This document shows, piece by piece, positions 38,793 to 48,914 of a DNA stretch of 64,000 bases. Below the pieces are notes generated by a model that did not search any database, was not told the origin of the DNA, and saw nothing but the letters and a program-made list of their open reading frames with translations. Both the position numbers and the translations under genes were made by a program. This DNA comes from Bacillota bacterium. GTDB taxonomy: Bacteria > Bacillota_I > Bacilli_A > RF39 > UBA660. The stretch lies in contig SVAO01000004.1 in assembly GCA_015059365.1 (NCBI GenBank), forward strand, positions 18,091-82,090, read 5' to 3'. Position 1 is the first letter of the stretch. Every line of letters starts with the position of its first letter.

Positions 38793-39678
38793 TTGCGTGG
38801 TTATTGGCGCCGGGGTTGCAGGGATGACTTCGGCAATTTATTTGAAACGTGCAGGGATTAATGTAGCAATTTTTGAAAGAAGTTTTGTAGGTGGTCAAAT
38901 AAATAAAACATATACAATAAAAAACTATCCTGGATTTCAAGAAATTGATGGACCAACACTTGCTCTTTCTATTTGCAATCAGTTAAAAGAATTAGATATA
39001 CCAATTATTTATGAATCTGTTGTTGATATAATAAACGAAGATGAGTATAAAATTGTAAAAACCACAAAAAAAGATTATTTGACTAAGGCGATTGTAATTG
39101 CAACAGGTAAAAAGGAGCGTAGTTTAGGTTTGAAAGGTGAAAAAGAATTAATAGGCCATGGCATAAGTTGGTGTGCAACATGTGATGGAAACTTTTTTAA
39201 ATCGAAAGAAGTGGCTGTAGTTGGTGGAGGTAACACCGCTATGGAAGACGCTTTATATTTATCCAATATTTGTAAGAAAGTTTATATAGTTAATAGAAGC
39301 ACCAATTTTAAAGCGGATTTAATTCTTTTAAATCAAGCAAAAACAAAGAAAAATATTGAGTTTGTAACCGATAGTGTAGTAAAAACGCTTATTAAAAAAA
39401 ATAATATATTACATAGTATTATTTTAGATAATGGGACAAAACTATCAGTTAGTGGTTTGTTCATAGCGATTGGTAGTGATCCTGTTGTCGAATTCTTAAA
39501 AAATTTAAATCTAAGTTTAGAAAATAATTATATTTTAGTAAATAAAAATATGGAAACATCAATTCCAGGAATATATGCTTGCGGTGACGTAATAAAAAAA
39601 GAACTATATCAGATAATAACTGCTGCAAGCGATGGAGCCATAGCCGCTAATTCAGTAAAAAATTATTTAAATAGATAG
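38776..39678 (+). CDS. trxB: thioredoxin-disulfide reductase-like flavoprotein
   Basis: Start refined to ATG 38776 (AAAGGTGA RBS). GAGVAG FAD motif, CATC redox centre and GGGNTA. The HRR...R pocket is replaced by NRSTNFK. Confidence 0.85.
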   Translation: MKLDFDCVVIGAGVAGMTSAIYLKRAGINVAIFERSFVGGQINKTYTIKNYPGFQEIDGPTLALSICNQLKELDIPIIYESVVDIINEDEYKIVKTTKKDYLTKAIVIATGKKERSLGLKGEKELIGHGISWCATCDGNFFKSKEVAVVGGGNTAMEDALYLSNICKKVYIVNRSTNFKADLILLNQAKTKKNIEFVTDSVVKTLIKKNNILHSIILDNGTKLSVSGLFIAIGSDPVVEFLKNLNLSLENNYILVNKNMETSIPGIYACGDVIKKELYQIITAASDGAIAANSVKNYLNR

Positions 39679-39688
39679 GAATGTTAAG

Positions 39689-40636
39689 ATGAACAAAAAA
39701 GTAGTAGTGTTGGGTGGGGGCACTGGAATGTCCACGTTGTTAAGAGGATTAAAGCAATTTCCAGTTGATATAACTGCTATAGTTTCAGTTAGTGATGACG
39801 GAAAAAGTACCGGTAAAATAAGAGAGGAATTCAAAACTCCTGCATTAGGAGATATAAGGCGCGTCTTAGCGTCCCTTTCAGAAACAGAACCGTTATTTGA
39901 AAAAGTGCTAAATTATCGTTTTAATACCAATGGTAGTTTTAATGGTCATACAGTTGGGAATTTGTTATTAGTTGCAATGTCAGAGATTACAGGATCTGTA
40001 TCAACAGGCATAGAATCTTTAAGTTCTATACTTAATTTGAAAGGTAAAGTATTACCATTAACAGAAGAGAGCAATAATACGTTAGTAGCCGAAATGGAAG
40101 ATGGAAATATAATTGAAGGAGAACACAATATAACTAATTATGATGGTGCTATTAAAAGTGTTTGGTTTAAAGATAAGACTGAGGTTACTAAAGAATCTAT
40201 AAAAGCAATTAAGGAAGCAGATTTAATAATTTTAAGTATGGGTAGTTTATACACAAGTATAATTCCAACTCTTATATGTAAAGAAATAAAGGATGCAATA
40301 GATGCTGGTAAGGGTAAGGTGTTATATGTTTGTAACATGATGACCCAACCGGGAGAGACAGATAATTTTAAAGTAAGTGATCATGTTAAAGTTTTAAATA
40401 AGTATTTAGGAAAAAAGAAAATAAGTACAGTTATTGCTAATAAAGGATTTATTAGTAAGACATTATCTGAACGCTATCATACACTTGAACAGAAAGATCC
40501 TGTTTTATTCGATGAAGAAGAATTGAAAAAACTAAATGTAAAAATAATCGCAGAAAATTTTGTAACAATAGAAGAAGAATGGCTAAGACATGATGTAATT
40601 AAAGTTTCTTTACACATATTTTCATGTTTACTATAG
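39689..40636 (+). CDS. yvcK: gluconeogenesis factor YvcK (CofD-like)
   Basis: 315 aa with the GGGTG N-terminus. Upstream of whiA. Confidence 0.9.
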   Translation: MNKKVVVLGGGTGMSTLLRGLKQFPVDITAIVSVSDDGKSTGKIREEFKTPALGDIRRVLASLSETEPLFEKVLNYRFNTNGSFNGHTVGNLLLVAMSEITGSVSTGIESLSSILNLKGKVLPLTEESNNTLVAEMEDGNIIEGEHNITNYDGAIKSVWFKDKTEVTKESIKAIKEADLIILSMGSLYTSIIPTLICKEIKDAIDAGKGKVLYVCNMMTQPGETDNFKVSDHVKVLNKYLGKKKISTVIANKGFISKTLSERYHTLEQKDPVLFDEEELKKLNVKIIAENFVTIEEEWLRHDVIKVSLHIFSCLL

Positions 40637-40650
40637 GTTGGTGATATAAA

Positions 40651-41580
40651 ATGTCTTTTACTGGCGAAGTAAAATTAGAGATTATAGGTTTAAATACAAT
40701 GGAAACCGAAAAAATTTCAGAATTATCTGCAATAATACATAATTCCAGTATTATAGATAATTATATTAAAATAAGTTCTGAAAACAATGGGGTTATCAGA
40801 TATATTTTTAGTTTAATAAAGGATGTTTATAAAATTAACCCTAAAATCACAGTGCGTCGAGGATATAATTATAATAAAAATTATATATATATATTAGAGA
40901 TTAAATCTAAAGCAGAAGAAATTTTACGCGATTTAGGTATTAAAGAAGACAATAAGATATTATCTATCCCTAAATCATTTATAATTGATGATGATTCATT
41001 AATTAGACAATATTTAAAAGGAGTTTTTTTAATGTGTGGAAGCATTAATGACCCTAAAAAGTCTAGATATCATTTGGAATTTCTAGTGTCCAATTTAGAA
41101 TATGGAAATTATTTGAGTATTTTACTTAATAAATATAATTTAAATAGTAAAGTATTGAAGAGAGACAGCAAATATATGGTATATGTAAAAGAAGCTGAAA
41201 AAATAGGTGACTTTTTAAGAATTCTTGGAGCTACCAGAAGTTTACTTTATTATGAGGATATTAGAATATACAGGGATCATAAAAATATGACAAATAGACT
41301 TAATAATTGTGAACAAGCTAATGTAGAAAGAACAATGATAACCGCAAATGATCAAGTTAAAGATATAGAAGTAATAATAAATGCTGGAGGCCTTGAACTT
41401 TTAGATATAAAGGAGCAAATTATTGCAAATTATCGTTTAAAATATAAAGAGGCATCATTAACTGAACTTAGTGAAATTATTTCAATAGAAACAGGGCAAA
41501 CTTTAACCAAGTCTGGAGTAAACCACAGAATGAAAAAAATTAAAGCTTTAGCACAGAAAATAAGGGAAAAACAAAATTAA
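40651..41580 (+). CDS. whiA: DNA-binding protein WhiA
   Basis: 309 aa with a LAGLIDADG-like core and a C-terminal HTH ([12 protein letters not shown]). Confidence 0.92.
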   Translation: MSFTGEVKLEIIGLNTMETEKISELSAIIHNSSIIDNYIKISSENNGVIRYIFSLIKDVYKINPKITVRRGYNYNKNYIYILEIKSKAEEILRDLGIKEDNKILSIPKSFIIDDDSLIRQYLKGVFLMCGSINDPKKSRYHLEFLVSNLEYGNYLSILLNKYNLNSKVLKRDSKYMVYVKEAEKIGDFLRILGATRSLLYYEDIRIYRDHKNMTNRLNNCEQANVERTMITANDQVKDIEVIINAGGLELLDIKEQIIANYRLKYKEASLTELSEIISIETGQTLTKSGVNHRMKKIKALAQKIREKQN

Positions 41581-41647
41581 GTTTTTCTTTTTATTTGAGA
41601 TAATTTATAGTATAATAAGTGTAAATAAATTACTTAGGGAGGTATAT

Positions 41648-42088
41648 ATGAAGGTTATATTTCTAAAAGATTTAAAAAATCAAGGAAAAAAAGGTGAGAT
41701 AAGAGAAGTAAAAGATGGATATGGTAAAAACTTTTTAATAAAAAATGGATACGCTGTAATGGCAACAGAAACTGGTGTTAAAAGGTTAAATGAAGAAAAT
41801 GAGCAAGCAAGACAAAAAGAATTAGAGAATATTAAAAATTGCAATCAAATGAAAGAAAAATTAGAAAAATTAACATTAAAATTTAAAGTGAAAACAGGAA
41901 CACAGGATCGTGTATTCGGTACGGTAAGTACAAAAATGATTGCAGAAGAATTAAAAAAACAAAATTTTAATATAGATAAAAAAACAATAAAATTAGATAA
42001 TCCGTTATCTAGTTTGGGATTCCATAATGTTAAAATTGAATTACATAAAGAAGTAATTGCACAATTAAAAGTTGAATTAATGAAGTAG
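41648..42088 (+). CDS. rplI: 50S ribosomal protein L9
   Basis: 146 aa beginning [25 protein letters not shown]. Confidence 0.96.
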   Translation: MKVIFLKDLKNQGKKGEIREVKDGYGKNFLIKNGYAVMATETGVKRLNEENEQARQKELENIKNCNQMKEKLEKLTLKFKVKTGTQDRVFGTVSTKMIAEELKKQNFNIDKKTIKLDNPLSSLGFHNVKIELHKEVIAQLKVELMK

Positions 42089-42093
42089 GTGAA

Positions 42094-43443
42094 ATGATGC
42101 AAGAAAGAGTAATGCCACATAATATTGAGGCAGAACAATCTGTATTAGGTTCAATGTTTCTATCTAAATATGCCCTTCAAAAAGCAGTTGAGTCATTAAC
42201 TAAAGATGTTTTTTACTTAGATAGTCACGCAAAAATATTTGAAGTTATATCTGACCTTGCAGAAAAAGGTAGTTCTATTGACTTAACTACAGTAACAGTA
42301 GAATTAGATAATAGAAAAATACTAAAACAAGTAGGTGATGTTAATTATGTTGCAGAAGTAGTAAATTCTGTACCTAGTGCGGCTAATGTTGATGAATACA
42401 TAAAAATTGTTGAAGAAAAAGCAATTTTAAGAAGATTGATTAATGAAGCAACAGAAATTGTTAGTGACGGGTATAACTCTATTGATTCGGTAAATGATAT
42501 ACTTGATAATGCAGAAAAAAAGATACTTAATGTAGTTAAGACACGAAAAGGAACAGAATTTAGAACTATTCAAGATGTGTTATTTAAAACTCAAGCAGAT
42601 TTGGAAAAATTAGCTCAAACAAAAAATGAAATAACAGGAATTGCAACAGGTTTTTATGATTTGGATAAAATAACTTCAGGACTACATGCTAATGAATTAA
42701 TTATTATTGCAGCACGTCCTGCGATGGGAAAAACAGCATTTGCTTTAAATTTGGCAACCAATATTGCCGTTCAAAGCAAACAGACTGTTGCTTTATTTAA
42801 CATGGAAATGGGTGCTGAACAATTAGCTATGCGTATGTTATCCTCATTGGGACAAATAGATGCATATAAATTAAAAAATGGCCGCCTAGAACATAACGAT
42901 TGGAAAAGGGTTAATGAAGCAATAAGTCGTCTAGCTGATACAAAATTATTTATTGATGATACTCCAGGAATGACTATTAGTGAAATAAGGGCAAAATGTC
43001 GTCGTTTAGCAAGTTCAGAGGGGGGGTTAGGAATAGTTATTATCGACTACCTACAATTAATTAGTGGTTCTGCTAAGTATGCTGGGAATCGTCAACAAGA
43101 AGTTTCTGAGATATCCCGTTCATTAAAAACGCTAGCAATGGAATTAGGTATTCCAGTTGTTGCTTTAGCACAATTATCTAGAACTGTAGAAGGAAGAGAA
43201 GATAAGCGTCCACTATTAAGTGATTTGCGTGAATCCGGTTCTATAGAACAAGATGCTGATATAGTAGCATTCCTTTATCGTGACGATTATTATACTAAAC
43301 AAATTACAATTGATGAAAATACTAGTGAGAGCGAATTTATAATCGCAAAACATCGTAATGGTCCCACAGCAACAGTAGATTTAATATTTAAGCGTAATAC
43401 AAGTACTTTTATTAGTAAATTAAAGGAACCGATAAAAGAATGA
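42094..43443 (+). CDS. dnaB: replicative DNA helicase
   Basis: 449 aa with NIEAEQSVLG and Walker A ARPAMGKTAF. No intein. Confidence 0.97.
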   Translation: MMQERVMPHNIEAEQSVLGSMFLSKYALQKAVESLTKDVFYLDSHAKIFEVISDLAEKGSSIDLTTVTVELDNRKILKQVGDVNYVAEVVNSVPSAANVDEYIKIVEEKAILRRLINEATEIVSDGYNSIDSVNDILDNAEKKILNVVKTRKGTEFRTIQDVLFKTQADLEKLAQTKNEITGIATGFYDLDKITSGLHANELIIIAARPAMGKTAFALNLATNIAVQSKQTVALFNMEMGAEQLAMRMLSSLGQIDAYKLKNGRLEHNDWKRVNEAISRLADTKLFIDDTPGMTISEIRAKCRRLASSEGGLGIVIIDYLQLISGSAKYAGNRQQEVSEISRSLKTLAMELGIPVVALAQLSRTVEGREDKRPLLSDLRESGSIEQDADIVAFLYRDDYYTKQITIDENTSESEFIIAKHRNGPTATVDLIFKRNTSTFISKLKEPIKE

Positions 43444-44207
43444 AAGTAAGCGTATTAGCGAGTGGCAGTAAAGGGAATTGTTGTTATGTGGAAACTGCTA
43501 CTGGAGAATTTTTAATTGATATTGGGGTAACTCCATCATATATTGAAAACAAATTACATTCTATCGGAAAAAACTCTAAAAACATCAATGCTGTATTTAT
43601 TACGCATACTCATGTAGATCATATAAGTGGGTTGAAAACATTTATAAAAAAATATAATCCAATTATATATGTGACAGAAAAAATATATAAAGAATTAAGT
43701 ACAAATATTCCTTCTGATAATTATGCAATTATAGGAAAAGAGTTATCAATCGACGATTTAAAAGTAAGCGTAATAAAAACATCGCATGATACAGAAGACT
43801 CAAATGGATATATTTTTGAAGAAAATGGTCATAGTCTTGTTTATATTACGGATACTGGATACATTAATGTTAAAAATCATAAAAAATTATCAAATAAAAA
43901 CTTGTATATTTTAGAAAGTAATCATGATATTAATTTACTTATGAATAATCCTAAATATCCATATTATTTGAAGCAACGTATTTTAGGAGATAAGGGACAT
44001 CTTTCTAATGAAGATTCTTCATATTATTTATCTTGCTTTATTGGAAATGAAACTAAGTGTGTAATATTAGCCCATCTAAGTGAACACAATAATACTAAAA
44101 ATCTTGCCCTTAATTCCCTTAACCTAGCATTAGATAAAAGTAATAAAGAATGTGATCAAATAATTGTTGCAGAACAAAATGAAAGAACAGAGTTGATAGA
44201 AGTATGA
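43440..44207 (+). CDS. MBL-fold metallo-hydrolase (YycJ/WalJ-like)
   Basis: 255 aa with HTHVDH. Has 4-nt overlaps with both neighbours. Confidence 0.8.
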   Translation: MKVSVLASGSKGNCCYVETATGEFLIDIGVTPSYIENKLHSIGKNSKNINAVFITHTHVDHISGLKTFIKKYNPIIYVTEKIYKELSTNIPSDNYAIIGKELSIDDLKVSVIKTSHDTEDSNGYIFEENGHSLVYITDTGYINVKNHKKLSNKNLYILESNHDINLLMNNPKYPYYLKQRILGDKGHLSNEDSSYYLSCFIGNETKCVILAHLSEHNNTKNLALNSLNLALDKSNKECDQIIVAEQNERTELIEV

Positions 44208-44659
44208 TTAAAGTTATTTGTGTTGGTAAAATTAAGGAAAAATTCTATAGATATGCAATTGCGGAATATTTAAAAAGATTATCTAAATATACAAAACTGG
44301 AAGTTATAGAGGTTGAAGATATTGATAATCAAAATCCCCAAATCTCTATGTCAAAAGAAAAAGATTTAATTTTAAGGCATCTTAATGGAAAAGAATATAT
44401 AATTACAATGGAAATAGAAGGTCAAAAATTTAATTCAGTTGATTTATCACAGAAACTAACTAAAATTTTAAGTATCAATCCTAATATTGTATTTATTATT
44501 GGTGGTTCTAACGGTTTAGATTTAGAAATTAAAAAAATCAGTAATTTGAAATTATCATTTTCTGATTTAACATTTCCTCATCAATTGTTTAGGATAATGT
44601 TGTTAGAACAAATATATCGCTGTTTTAAAATTATTAATAATGAATCTTATCATAAATAA
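44204..44659 (+). CDS. rlmH: 23S rRNA (pseudouridine1915-N3)-methyltransferase
   Basis: 151 aa SPOUT protein with IGGSNGL and a C-terminal YHK. Confidence 0.92.
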   Translation: MIKVICVGKIKEKFYRYAIAEYLKRLSKYTKLEVIEVEDIDNQNPQISMSKEKDLILRHLNGKEYIITMEIEGQKFNSVDLSQKLTKILSINPNIVFIIGGSNGLDLEIKKISNLKLSFSDLTFPHQLFRIMLLEQIYRCFKIINNESYHK

Positions 44660-44660
44660 T

Positions 44661-44689
44661 GTATAAAATAAAAGAGAATTGCTCAATAT
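44661..44689 (+). promoter_or_regulatory. candidate sigma-F-type promoter of spoIIR
   Basis: GTATA (44661-44665), 15 nt spacer, GCTCAATAT (44681-44689). A near-identical motif lies upstream of spoIIQ. Confidence 0.35.
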
Positions 44690-44714
44690 CTAATAGAGAG
44701 GAGCAATTCTTTTT
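44675..44714 (+). terminator. rlmH terminator hairpin overlapping the spoIIR RBS
   Basis: Perfect 10-bp arms AGAATTGCTC (44675-84) and GAGCAATTCT (44701-10) with a 16-nt loop. A T-run ends 1 nt before the spoIIR ATG. Confidence 0.55.
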
Positions 44715-45239
44715 ATGAGAAAAACAATTATAATATTATTTTTAATACTAGGATTATATTATATAATCGGTTTAAAATCAGAGAGTATATTAAAAATTCC
44801 TGATAATGCAATAAGGTTTAGAGTAATTGCAAATAGTAATTCAGATTATGATAAGGAGATTAAATACAAGGTTCGCGACGATGTTCAAAAATATATGTCA
44901 AATATTTTACAAAACGTGGATGAAATTAATATGTCAAGGGACATAATTTCACAAAATTTAGATGAAATTGAACAAAGAATATCCAAAACATTATCGAGAG
45001 AATCATATATACTTCCTTACAAGGTTAATTTTGGATTAAATTACTTTCCAACCAAGGAATATAAAGGAATAACATATGATGCCGGATATTATGAATCGCT
45101 TGTTATAACGCTTGGAAGTGGAGAAGGGGATAATTGGTGGTGTGTTTTATTTCCTCCGTTATGTTTATTAGAAGCAGAAGAAGGAACAGAAGTAGAATAC
45201 ACATCTTTTGTAAAAGAAATTTTAGATAAATATGTATAA
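44715..45239 (+). CDS. spoIIR: stage II sporulation protein R
   Basis: 174 aa with a signal/TM N-terminus, IRFRVIANSNS and the GDNWWCVLFPPLC signature. Confidence 0.92.
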   Translation: MRKTIIILFLILGLYYIIGLKSESILKIPDNAIRFRVIANSNSDYDKEIKYKVRDDVQKYMSNILQNVDEINMSRDIISQNLDEIEQRISKTLSRESYILPYKVNFGLNYFPTKEYKGITYDAGYYESLVITLGSGEGDNWWCVLFPPLCLLEAEEGTEVEYTSFVKEILDKYV

Positions 45240-45279
45240 AAATAATCTCCAACAATAAAATTTGATAGGAGGTTTTTTT

Positions 45280-45810
45280 ATGCACTTTTTAATTATTTTA
45301 ACTATCGCAATAAGTCTTAGTATGGATGCTTTTTCTCTTTCTTTGGCATATGGAACATTTGGACTTTGTAAAAAAGACATGATAAAATTATCTACTATAG
45401 TAGGAATATATCATTTTTTCATGCCATTAATTGGTTTATTTGTTGGAAAAATATTTTTGAATATATTTCCTATAAATCCAGATATTATAGTTTTTATAGT
45501 ACTAGTTTTTATTGGAGTGCAAATGCTTTTGGAATCTTTGAAAAAGGAAAATATTGAAAATAAAACTTCATTTTTAGAATTGTTAATTTTTGGTTTAGCT
45601 GTGAGTATAGATAGTTTTTCGGTCGGCATTGGTTTAAGTAGCATTTCGAGCAGATATATAATTTGTGCTTGTATATTTTCACTAACTAGTTTTCTTTTTA
45701 CCTATTTAGGTTTAAATCTAGGTAAAGTAATAAATCATATTGTTGGTAAAATTTCTACTGCATTAGGAGGTTTGGTTTTAATTTTAATAGGAATAATTTA
45801 TCTTTTCTAA
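45280..45810 (+). CDS. mntP: manganese efflux pump MntP
   Basis: Start refined to ATG 45280 (AGGAGG RBS). Duplicated SMDAFS / SIDSFS motifs and 6 TM segments. Confidence 0.85.
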   Translation: MHFLIILTIAISLSMDAFSLSLAYGTFGLCKKDMIKLSTIVGIYHFFMPLIGLFVGKIFLNIFPINPDIIVFIVLVFIGVQMLLESLKKENIENKTSFLELLIFGLAVSIDSFSVGIGLSSISSRYIICACIFSLTSFLFTYLGLNLGKVINHIVGKISTALGGLVLILIGIIYLF

Positions 45811-45887
45811 AATGTAAACAAGTGTCTATTTCTTTAAAATTATTGCCTTTAATTTAGAAAAATAATATAATTGATATAGGTGATAGT

Positions 45888-46739
45888 ATGTTACAAAACA
45901 TGTGTAAAATGTTGGAAGCGGCTAAAAGAGGAGGATACGCAGTTCCACATTTAAATATAAATAATTTAGAATGGGTCAAATATATATTGGAAGTGTGTGA
46001 GGAAAGTAAGAGCCCTATTATCCTAGGAGTAAGCGAAGGTGCCGCAAAATATATGGGAGGATATAATACGGTTGTCATGATGGTAAAAGGACTATTGAAA
46101 GATTTAAATATTACAATTCCGGTTGCTTTACATTTAGATCATGGTTCTACATTTGAAGTATGCAAAAAAGCTATCGACGCTGGTTTTACATCTGTAATGA
46201 TTGATGCTTCTAGATTTAGCATAGATGAAAATATTAGAATAACTAGAGAAGTTGTTGATTATGCTAAGACAAAAAATGTTAGTGTTGAAGCAGAAATAGG
46301 TCATATAGGTGGAACAGAAGATGAAATTTCGGCAGATATAGGATATGCTAAAATAGAAGATTGCATTAATTTATATCAAAATACTAAAATAGATTTTTTA
46401 GCCCCTGCTTTAGGAAGTGTTCATGGTTTATATAAAGGAGAACCAAAAATAGATTTTGATAGAATGCAACAGATTGGTCAAACTTTAAAGATTCCTATGG
46501 TGTTGCATGGTGGTACAGGTTTACCTGATGATATAATCAAGAGAGCAATAAGTTGTGGAATATGTAAAATAAATATTAATACTGAACTTCAAATTGAGTG
46601 GGCAAAAGGTGTAAGAGAAAAACTTGCTAATGATCTTAATGTGTATGACCCACGCAAAATAATTTCAGGTGGTGAAAATAATATGAAACATGCAATCACT
46701 GATAAAATCAAATTATTAGGTAGCTATAATAAAGCATAA
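45888..46739 (+). CDS. fba: class II fructose-bisphosphate aldolase
   Basis: 283 aa with NINNLEW and HLDHG motifs. Confidence 0.95.
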   Translation: MLQNMCKMLEAAKRGGYAVPHLNINNLEWVKYILEVCEESKSPIILGVSEGAAKYMGGYNTVVMMVKGLLKDLNITIPVALHLDHGSTFEVCKKAIDAGFTSVMIDASRFSIDENIRITREVVDYAKTKNVSVEAEIGHIGGTEDEISADIGYAKIEDCINLYQNTKIDFLAPALGSVHGLYKGEPKIDFDRMQQIGQTLKIPMVLHGGTGLPDDIIKRAISCGICKININTELQIEWAKGVREKLANDLNVYDPRKIISGGENNMKHAITDKIKLLGSYNKA

Positions 46740-46793
46740 ACACACAAAAAAAATAAATACATATAAATATAGTGATAGTAGTGGAGGTTTTAT

Positions 46794-48047
46794 ATGAAAC
46801 AAATAATAATAGAAGGTGGGCATGTTCTTGAGGGAACTATTAGAATAAGTGGTGCAAAAAATAGTGCAGTGGCTTTAATTCCAGCATCATTATTATGTGA
46901 TGAAGAGGTAAGAATAGACAATATTCCTAATATATCAGATATTGATGCATTAAATGAAATTTTAGAGTATTTAGGTGCTAATGTAAAAAGAGATAAAAAT
47001 ACAATAGAAATTGATTCTAGAAATATTGTGAATAAGGAAATTCCAGAAGACATTTCAAGAAAATTAAGAGCATCATATTATTTTATGTCGGCATTGTTAG
47101 GGAAGTATAAAAAAGTAGAAATGTATTTTCCAGGGGGATGTTCTATTGGTGCCAGACCTATTGATCAGACGTTAAAAGGATTTAAAGAATTAGGTGCTGT
47201 TATATTAGAAGAGGGAAATAAATATACTATAACAGCAGAAGAATTACATGGTGGGCATGTTTATTTAGATATGCCTAGTGTAGGTGCTACTATAAATACG
47301 ATGCTAGTTGCAGTAAAAGCCAAAGGAAAAACTATTATAGAAAATGCGGCAAAGGAACCCGAAGTAGTAAATGTTGCTACTTTCTTAAATAATATGGGTG
47401 CAAAAGTATCTGGAGCAGGAACAAGTGAAATTGTAATAACTGGTGTTGATTATTTAAAAGGGTGTTTTACGGAAGTTATTCCGGACAGAATTGAAGCTGG
47501 AACATATATGATTGCGGGAGCCCTTTTGGGAAATAAACTAAAAATAGATAATATTATTCCTGACCATGTAGAATCATTAAGTTTAAAATTAAAAGAAATG
47601 GGTATCCCTATGGAAATAGGAAGCGATTACATAATTATTAGTAAAACGGATAATATGAAGAAAATTAATGTAAAAACTTTGGGATATCCTGGTTTTCCAA
47701 CAGATCTTCAGCAACCTCTTACAACGTTATTAACACAATGTAAGGGTAGATCTGTTTTAGAGGAGACAATTTATGAAAATAGATTTCAAAATGTAAAATA
47801 TTTAAATGAATTGGGTGCAAATATTGAGATTTGTGATAGAAAAATATATGTTCAAGGCCCAACCGAATTAGTGGGGAAAGAAGTAACAGCAACGGATTTA
47901 AGAGCAGGGGCTTGTCTTGTTTTAGCGGGATTATTAGCAACTGGAAAAACTACAATAAAAGAAGTAGAACATGTGTTACGTGGGTATGAAAATATTGTTG
48001 ATAAATTAAAAAATGTTGGTGCCAAAATAACTTTAAAAGATGTATAA
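46794..48047 (+). CDS. murA: UDP-N-acetylglucosamine 1-carboxyvinyltransferase
   Basis: 417 aa with SGAKNS and an active-site loop GGCSIGARPID. Confidence 0.96.
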   Translation: MKQIIIEGGHVLEGTIRISGAKNSAVALIPASLLCDEEVRIDNIPNISDIDALNEILEYLGANVKRDKNTIEIDSRNIVNKEIPEDISRKLRASYYFMSALLGKYKKVEMYFPGGCSIGARPIDQTLKGFKELGAVILEEGNKYTITAEELHGGHVYLDMPSVGATINTMLVAVKAKGKTIIENAAKEPEVVNVATFLNNMGAKVSGAGTSEIVITGVDYLKGCFTEVIPDRIEAGTYMIAGALLGNKLKIDNIIPDHVESLSLKLKEMGIPMEIGSDYIIISKTDNMKKINVKTLGYPGFPTDLQQPLTTLLTQCKGRSVLEETIYENRFQNVKYLNELGANIEICDRKIYVQGPTELVGKEVTATDLRAGACLVLAGLLATGKTTIKEVEHVLRGYENIVDKLKNVGAKITLKDV

Positions 48048-48105
48048 AAAAACTTCCAAAAAATATAATTAAGTAGGATATTTCCTACTTTTTTTAGGAG
48101 GTTTT

Positions 48106-48834
48106 ATGAAAAAAATTATTATTATAATTTCAGTAATAATATCGGTTTTAATAATATATTTAATTACGGTTGATAGAAAAATTTATTATTTAGCCTTAGG
48201 AGATGATATTACAATTAATAAAACAGAAGATGATTGTGGTTATTCTAATTATGTAAGAGATTATTTAGAATATTACGGGAAATTAGAAATTTATATTAAT
48301 GAATTTTCTCAAAAAAACTACAGGATTACGGATTTAATAACTGATATTGACAATAACAAGAAAGTAAAAGTTGGAAAAACAGAAAAATCAATTAAAAACG
48401 CATTAATTAAAGCAGATTTACTAACTCTCTCTATTGGAATGAATGATTTAACTTCAATTATTAATATGGAAACATTAGGATATGAACAAGACTATCAATA
48501 TTTTTATAATCGTGCAGATGAAATAATAAAAGATTTAGAAAAATTACTTATTATTATACGTGAGTATTGCAAAGAAGACATATTTTTAATTGGTATTTAT
48601 TATCCTTATCAACTTCAAAATTCAGAATTAAATAACGTTTTTTCTTATTTAAATAATAGATACAAGGAAATTTGCAGAATTTATAATGTAAATTATATAG
48701 AAATTTATGATTTATTTAATGCTAATCCTGCATATTTGGCTACTGATACGAATCAGCCTTCTAAAGAAGGTCTGGAGGCCATAGGCAATCAAATTGTTGT
48801 AATGTTAAATAATAGATTATTAAAAAAGAGTTGA
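48106..48834 (+). CDS. membrane-anchored SGNH/GDSL-fold protein, probably catalytically degenerate
   Basis: 242 aa with an N-terminal TM segment. Block I reads GDD rather than GDS, block III GMND is present, and block V reads DTNQ rather than DxxH. Confidence 0.6.
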   Translation: MKKIIIIISVIISVLIIYLITVDRKIYYLALGDDITINKTEDDCGYSNYVRDYLEYYGKLEIYINEFSQKNYRITDLITDIDNNKKVKVGKTEKSIKNALIKADLLTLSIGMNDLTSIINMETLGYEQDYQYFYNRADEIIKDLEKLLIIIREYCKEDIFLIGIYYPYQLQNSELNNVFSYLNNRYKEICRIYNVNYIEIYDLFNANPAYLATDTNQPSKEGLEAIGNQIVVMLNNRLLKKS

Positions 48835-48914
48835 TTTTATAAAAAAAGATTGTTATAATATAGAAGCATTAAATTTCTATGGCATGAATTTGCTATGGCG
48901 GAAGGAGAAAAATT

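Noticed and set aside
45240-45279. Expected a yybP-ykoY manganese riboswitch upstream of mntP
   Set aside because: Only about 40 nt separate spoIIR from mntP, which is far too short for the riboswitch, and no conserved elements were seen.
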